Under the pieces are notes generated by a model. The model did not search any database. It had not been told where the DNA came from and saw only the letters and a list, made by a program, of their open reading frames with translations. From assembly GCF_056746865.1 (NCBI RefSeq), contig NZ_CM163382.1: 64,000 nt of DNA; one strand, 5' to 3'. This document shows, one piece after another, positions 56,393-64,000 of this stretch (position 1 is its first letter; each line of letters opens with the position of its first letter). The position numbers were made by a program, and so were the translations under genes.

Positions 56393-57694
56393 ATGAAAAA
56401 ACTGTTTATCCAGTTTTACCTGTTATTGTTTGTCTGCTTCCTTGTGATGTCTCTGCTGGTTGGGCTGGTGTACAAATTTACCGCCGAACGCGCGGGCAAA
56501 CAGTCGCTGGATGATTTGATGAACAGTTCGCTGTATCTGATGCGCAGCGAATTGCGTGAGATCCCCCCACACGATTGGGGTAAGACGCTGAAGGAGATGG
56601 ATTTAAATCTCTCTTTCGATCTGCGTGTCGAGCCGCTGAGTAAATATCATCTTGATGATATTTCCATGCACCGGCTGCGTGGCGGCGAAATTGTCGCCCT
56701 GGACGATCAGTACACGTTTTTGCAACGTATCCCGCGCAGCCACTACGTGCTGGCAGTTGGTCCTGTTCCTTATCTTTATTACCTCCATCAGATGCGATTA
56801 CTGGATATCGCCCTGATCGCTTTTATTGCCATTTCCCTCGCCTTTCCGGTGTTTATCTGGATGCGTCCGCACTGGCAGGATATGTTAAAACTGGAAGCAG
56901 CGGCGCAACGATTTGGCGATGGGCATCTCAATGAGCGTATCCACTTTGATGAGGGTTCGAGCTTTGAACGACTTGGCGTCGCATTTAACCAGATGGCGGA
57001 CAATATCAACGCCTTGATTGCCAGCAAAAAACAGCTTATTGACGGTATCGCTCATGAACTGCGAACACCGTTAGTGCGCCTGCGTTATCGACTGGAGATG
57101 AGCGATAACCTGAGCGCCGCCGAATCCCAGGCGTTGAATCGCGATATCAGTCAACTTGAAGCTTTAATTGAAGAGCTGCTGACTTATGCCCGACTCGATC
57201 GCCCACAAAACGAGCTTCATCTTAGCGAACCAGACCTGCCGTTGTGGCTGTCAACGCATCTGGCAGACATTCAGGCAGTAACGCCCGATAAAACGGTACG
57301 GATTAAAACGCTCGCGCAAGGCCATTATGCGGCGTTGGATATGCGCTTAATGGAGCGCGTGCTGGATAATTTGCTCAATAACGCCCTGCGCTACTGTCAC
57401 TCAACGGTTGAAACCAGCCTGCTACTGTCGGGGAATAGAGCGACATTAATTGTTGAGGATGATGGCCCAGGGATTGCCCCAGAAAACCGCGAACATATCT
57501 TTGAACCTTTTGTTCGCCTCGATCCCAGCCGGGATCGCTCAACCGGCGGCTGCGGGCTGGGGTTGGCGATTGTCCACTCTATAGCACTAGCAATGGGCGG
57601 TACGGTTAATTGTGACACCAGCGAACTGGGTGGTGCCCGCTTCTCGTTTAGTTGGCCGTTATGGCATAACATCCCGCAATTTACCTCTGCTTGA
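56393..57694 (+). CDS. rstB: sensor histidine kinase RstB
   Basis: 433 aa; TM segments, HAMP, H-box HELRTPL, ATPase motifs (DDGPGI, GGCGLGL). Confidence 0.93.
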   Translation: MKKLFIQFYLLLFVCFLVMSLLVGLVYKFTAERAGKQSLDDLMNSSLYLMRSELREIPPHDWGKTLKEMDLNLSFDLRVEPLSKYHLDDISMHRLRGGEIVALDDQYTFLQRIPRSHYVLAVGPVPYLYYLHQMRLLDIALIAFIAISLAFPVFIWMRPHWQDMLKLEAAAQRFGDGHLNERIHFDEGSSFERLGVAFNQMADNINALIASKKQLIDGIAHELRTPLVRLRYRLEMSDNLSAAESQALNRDISQLEALIEELLTYARLDRPQNELHLSEPDLPLWLSTHLADIQAVTPDKTVRIKTLAQGHYAALDMRLMERVLDNLLNNALRYCHSTVETSLLLSGNRATLIVEDDGPGIAPENREHIFEPFVRLDPSRDRSTGGCGLGLAIVHSIALAMGGTVNCDTSELGGARFSFSWPLWHNIPQFTSA

Positions 57695-57736
57695 CATTAC
57701 GCGCACGATGGTCAAGTCACCACCATTGTGCTATAA

Positions 57737-60099
<2,363 letters not shown>

Positions 60100-60212
60100 G
60101 GCCTGATCCTCACCTGATTAATTTTTTCTTTCTGTTTTGCTTTCGTTAAGCAACTTTTAGCTCACTCATTATTTACTATTTGATAACAAATGTTTGGTCT
60201 TTCGTGCCATGT

Positions 60213-60238
60213 AAAAAAACCGCCCCGAAGGGCGGCTC
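60213..60238 (-). terminator. intrinsic terminator of fumA
   Basis: On the minus strand, GCCGCCC-TTCG-GGGCGG hairpin followed by T7, immediately after the fumA stop. Confidence 0.8.
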
Positions 60239-60241
60239 TGT

Positions 60242-61888
60242 TTATTTCACACAGCGGGTGCACTGTGTGAGTTGTATCTGCTGGAAGAAGTCATTTCCTT
60301 TATCATCCACAAGGATAAACGCCGGGAAATCTTCCACTTCAATTTTCCAGATGGCTTCCATTCCCAGTTCCGGATATTCAACACATTCCAGGCTCTTAAT
60401 ACTACCCTGCGCCAATACAGCGGCCGGACCACCGATACTGCCAAGGTAGAAGCCGCCGTGTTTTTTACAGGCATCCGTCACCTGCTGGCTGCGGTTGCCT
60501 TTCGCCAGCATGATCATACTTCCGCCCTGCGCTTGCAGTTGATCGACATAAGAATCCATCCGGCCGGCGGTCGTTGGGCCAAGAGAACCGGAAGCATAAC
60601 CTTCCGGCGTTTTGGCCGGACCCGCGTAGTAAATCGGATGATCTTTAATGTACTGCGGCAGCCCTTCACCGTTATCCATCCGCTCTTTCAGTTTGGCGTG
60701 AGCAATATCACGACCAACGATAATCGTGCCATTCAGCGATAAGCGTGTAGAAACGGGATACTGCGACAACTGTGCGAGGATCTCTTTCATCGGACGGTTA
60801 AGGTCAACGCGCACCGCTTCGCCTTCTCCCGCTTTGCGCAGCTCTTCCGGGATATATTTGCCTGGATTATGTTCCAGTTTTTCGATCCAAATCCCCTGAC
60901 GGTTGATCTTTGCTTTGATATTACGGTCAGCAGAACAAGAGACGCCCATACCGACCGGGCAGGATGCGCCGTGACGTGGCAGGCGAATCACGCGGATGTC
61001 GTGAGCGAAGTATTTACCGCCAAACTGCGCACCCAGACCAAGATTTTGCGCTTCGATCAGCAATTCTTTTTCCAGTTCCACATCGCGGAACGCCTGTCCG
61101 TGCTCATTCCCTTCCGTTGGCAGTTCATCATAGTATTTAGCGGAAGCCAGTTTCACCGTTTTAAGGTTCGTTTCTGCAGAAGTTCCACCAATAACGAACG
61201 CAATATGATACGGAGGACAGGCCGCCGTACCCAGCGTGCGCATCTTCTCAACCAGGTAATTTTTCAGTTTCCCCGGCGTTAGTAACGCTTTGGTTTCCTG
61301 ATAGAGATACGTCTTGTTTGCCGAACCGCCACCTTTGGCGATACAGAGGAATTTGTACTCGTCGCCATCAACGGCATAAAGATCGATCTGCGCTGGTAGA
61401 TTGGTGCCGGTATTCACCTCTTTATACATATCCAGCGGCGCGTTTTGCGAGTAGCGCAGATTATCTTCGATATAAGTGTTATAGACACCGCGTGCCAGCG
61501 CCGCTTCATCACCGCCACCGGTCCATACACGCTGCCCTTTTTTACCAACAATAATCGCGGTGCCGGTATCCTGACAGGTTGGCAGAACGCCTTTCGCCGC
61601 GATGTCGGAGTTGCGCAGGAATTGCAGCGCCACATATTTATCATTTTCGCTGGCTTCCGGGTCACGCAGAATGTCGGCCACCTGTTGTTGGTGAGCCGGA
61701 CGCAGCATAAATGACGCATCATGAAACGCCTGACGCGCCAACAAAGTTAACGCTTCGGGTGCGACTTTCAAAATCTCCTGCCCTTCAAATTCAGATACGC
61801 TAACGTGTTCGCTGGTTAGCAGGTAATACTCAGTATCATCTTTTTTGAGTGGAAAAGGAGCCTGATAATGAAAGGGTTTGTTTGACAT
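60242..61888 (-). CDS. fumA: fumarate hydratase class I (Fe-S, aerobic)
   Basis: 548-aa ORF recognised as FumA; upstream of fumC. Confidence 0.95.
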   Translation of the reverse strand: MSNKPFHYQAPFPLKKDDTEYYLLTSEHVSVSEFEGQEILKVAPEALTLLARQAFHDASFMLRPAHQQQVADILRDPEASENDKYVALQFLRNSDIAAKGVLPTCQDTGTAIIVGKKGQRVWTGGGDEAALARGVYNTYIEDNLRYSQNAPLDMYKEVNTGTNLPAQIDLYAVDGDEYKFLCIAKGGGSANKTYLYQETKALLTPGKLKNYLVEKMRTLGTAACPPYHIAFVIGGTSAETNLKTVKLASAKYYDELPTEGNEHGQAFRDVELEKELLIEAQNLGLGAQFGGKYFAHDIRVIRLPRHGASCPVGMGVSCSADRNIKAKINRQGIWIEKLEHNPGKYIPEELRKAGEGEAVRVDLNRPMKEILAQLSQYPVSTRLSLNGTIIVGRDIAHAKLKERMDNGEGLPQYIKDHPIYYAGPAKTPEGYASGSLGPTTAGRMDSYVDQLQAQGGSMIMLAKGNRSQQVTDACKKHGGFYLGSIGGPAAVLAQGSIKSLECVEYPELGMEAIWKIEVEDFPAFILVDDKGNDFFQQIQLTQCTRCVK

Positions 61889-62086
61889 TGTTCTCTCACT
61901 TACTGCCTGGTTTGGTTATGCTCTGGGCGGGTGTTCCGTTGCCCTGTTAAAAGCGAGTAACAATATCCTACACACTTTTTTAACAAAAACTGAGACTAGT
62001 ACGACTTTTTGCGGCTCCAGGTTACTTCCCGTAGGATTCTTGCTTTAATAGCGGGATTAATTTCCACATATAAACAGGGATTGATC

Positions 62087-63262
62087 ATGCAAAAACTCAT
62101 TAACTCAGTGCAAAACTATGCCTGGGGCAGCAAAACGGCGTTGACTGAACTTTATGGTATGGAAAATCCGTCCAGCCAGCCGATGGCCGAGCTGTGGATG
62201 GGCGCACATCCAAAAAGCAGTTCACGAGTGCAGAATGCCGCCGGAGATATCGTTTCACTGCGTGATGTGATTGAGAGTAATAAATCGACTCTGCTCGGAG
62301 AGGCCGTTGCCAAACGCTTTGGCGAACTGCCTTTCCTGTTCAAAGTATTATGCGCAGCACAGCCGCTCTCCATTCAGGTTCATCCAAACAAACGCAATTC
62401 TGAAATCGGTTTTGCCAAAGAAAATGCCGCAGGTATTCCGATGGATGCCGCCGAGCGTAACTATAAAGATCCTAACCACAAGCCGGAGCTGGTTTTTGCG
62501 CTGACGCCTTTCCTTGCGATGAACGCGTTTCGTGAATTTTCCGAGATTGTCTCCCTACTCCAGCCAGTCGCAGGTGCACATCCGGCGATTGCTCACTTTT
62601 TACAACAGCCTGATGCCGAACGTTTAAGCGAACTGTTCGCCAGCCTGCTGAATATGCAGGGGGAAGAAAAATCCCGCGCGCTGGCGATTTTAAAATCGGC
62701 CCTTGACAGTCAGCAGGGTGAACCGTGGCAAACGATTCGTTTAATTTCTGAATTTTACCCGGATGACAGCGGTCTGTTCTCCCCGCTGTTGCTGAATGTG
62801 GTGAAATTGAATCCTGGCGAAGCGATGTTCCTGTTCGCTGAAACGCCGCACGCTTACCTGCAAGGCGTGGCGCTGGAAGTGATGGCGAACTCCGATAACG
62901 TGCTGCGTGCGGGTCTGACGCCTAAATACATTGATATTCCGGAACTGGTTGCCAATGTGAAGTTCGAAGCCAAACCGGCTAACCAGTTGTTGACCCAGCC
63001 GGTGAAACAAGGTGCAGAACTGGACTTCCCGATTCCTGTGGATGATTTTGCCTTCTCGCTGCATGACCTTAGTGATAAAGAAACCACCATCAGCCAGCAG
63101 AGTGCCGCCATTTTGTTCTGCGTCGAAGGCGATGCAACGCTGTGGAAAGGTTCTCAGCAGTTACAGCTTAAACCGGGTGAATCAGCGTTTATTGCCGCCA
63201 ACGAATCACCGGTGACTGTCAAAGGCCACGGCCGTTTAGCGCGTGTTTACAACAAGCTGTAA
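62087..63262 (+). CDS. manA: mannose-6-phosphate isomerase
   Basis: Start at MQKLINSVQNYAWGS (391 aa); zinc-site motif QVHPNK present. Confidence 0.95.
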   Translation: MQKLINSVQNYAWGSKTALTELYGMENPSSQPMAELWMGAHPKSSSRVQNAAGDIVSLRDVIESNKSTLLGEAVAKRFGELPFLFKVLCAAQPLSIQVHPNKRNSEIGFAKENAAGIPMDAAERNYKDPNHKPELVFALTPFLAMNAFREFSEIVSLLQPVAGAHPAIAHFLQQPDAERLSELFASLLNMQGEEKSRALAILKSALDSQQGEPWQTIRLISEFYPDDSGLFSPLLLNVVKLNPGEAMFLFAETPHAYLQGVALEVMANSDNVLRAGLTPKYIDIPELVANVKFEAKPANQLLTQPVKQGAELDFPIPVDDFAFSLHDLSDKETTISQQSAAILFCVEGDATLWKGSQQLQLKPGESAFIAANESPVTVKGHGRLARVYNKL

Positions 63263-63362
63263 GAGCTTACTGAAAAAATTAACATCTCTTGCTAAGCTTA
63301 TTAAAGGCTTATAACACCTTCAGGCGGCCAGTCCGCCTGATTTCATTTTATGGATAATCATT

Positions 63363-64000
63363 ATGAATAAATCGCTGGTAGCGGTAGGCGTCATTGTTGC
63401 GCTAGGCGTAGTCTGGACAGGCGGCGCATGGTATACAGGCAAGAAGATTGAAACCCATCTCGAAGACATGGTCGCGCAGGCGAACGCGCAACTCAAACTG
63501 ACCGCTCCTGAATCCAACCTGGAAGTGAGTTATCAAAACTATCATCGCGGCGTATTCAGCAGTCAGCTGCAACTGTTGGTGAAACCCATTGCCGGGAAAG
63601 AAAATCCGTGGATTAAAAGCGGTCAGAGCGTCATCTTCAACGAATCGGTTGATCATGGTCCCTTCCCCCTTGCCCAGCTTAAAAAACTGAACCTGATCCC
63701 GTCGATGGCATCAATTCAAACCACGCTGGTTAATAACGAAGTTAGCAAGCCACTGTTTGATATGGCAAAAGGTGAAACGCCTTTTGAGATTAACTCCCGC
63801 ATTGGTTACAGCGGAGATTCCAGTTCCGATATTTCGCTCAAGCCACTGAATTACGAGCAAAAGGATGAAAAAGTCGCCTTTAGCGGCGGCGAGTTCCAGT
63901 TAAATGCAGACAGAGACGGCAAAGCTATCTCCCTTTCCGGGGAGGCGCAAAGTGGTCGGATAGACGCGGTTAACGAATATAACCAGAAAGTACAGTTGAC
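63363..64000 (+). CDS. ydgA: DUF945-family protein YdgA, 3' end truncated by the window edge
   Basis: ATG at 63363 (MNKSLVAVGVIVALGVVWTGGAWYTGKKIE...), open reading frame to the window end; absent from the ORF track because no stop is reached. Confidence 0.8.
   Translation, partial: MNKSLVAVGVIVALGVVWTGGAWYTGKKIETHLEDMVAQANAQLKLTAPESNLEVSYQNYHRGVFSSQLQLLVKPIAGKENPWIKSGQSVIFNESVDHGPFPLAQLKKLNLIPSMASIQTTLVNNEVSKPLFDMAKGETPFEINSRIGYSGDSSSDISLKPLNYEQKDEKVAFSGGEFQLNADRDGKAISLSGEAQSGRIDAVNEYNQKVQL

Noticed and set aside
60272-60742. 156-aa plus-strand ORF within fumA
   Set aside because: Antisense to fumA; spurious.

Overview
This window reads as a syntenic stretch of Escherichia coli chromosome, matching the K-12 tam to ydgA region (about 1.6-1.7 Mb in MG1655) by gene order and recognisable protein sequences. 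No search was run, so all gene names rest on recognition of translated ORFs, motifs visible in the translations and gene order. About 65 protein-coding genes are supported, including the marRAB multidrug-resistance locus, rspAB, the ynfEFGH-dmsD molybdoenzyme operon, pntAB, the rstAB two-component system, tus with TerB, fumC, fumA and manA. I found no rRNA, tRNA or CRISPR array and no convincing evidence of a previously undescribed multi-gene system. The most notable departures from the K-12 arrangement as I recall it are: (1) a complete 1331-bp IS2 with a 5-bp CTGGG target-site duplication inserted in codon 3 of the small PhoPQ-regulated gene mgtS (yneM); (2) no ydeJ between ydeI and dcp; (3) an intact ydfJ lying directly next to rspB, meaning the Qin prophage is not present at this position. 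Gene starts were corrected from the ORF track where the known protein N-terminus was recognisable. The sRNA MgrR and several regulatory sites (marO, a PhoP box, TerB) are called from sequence patterns with lower confidence.
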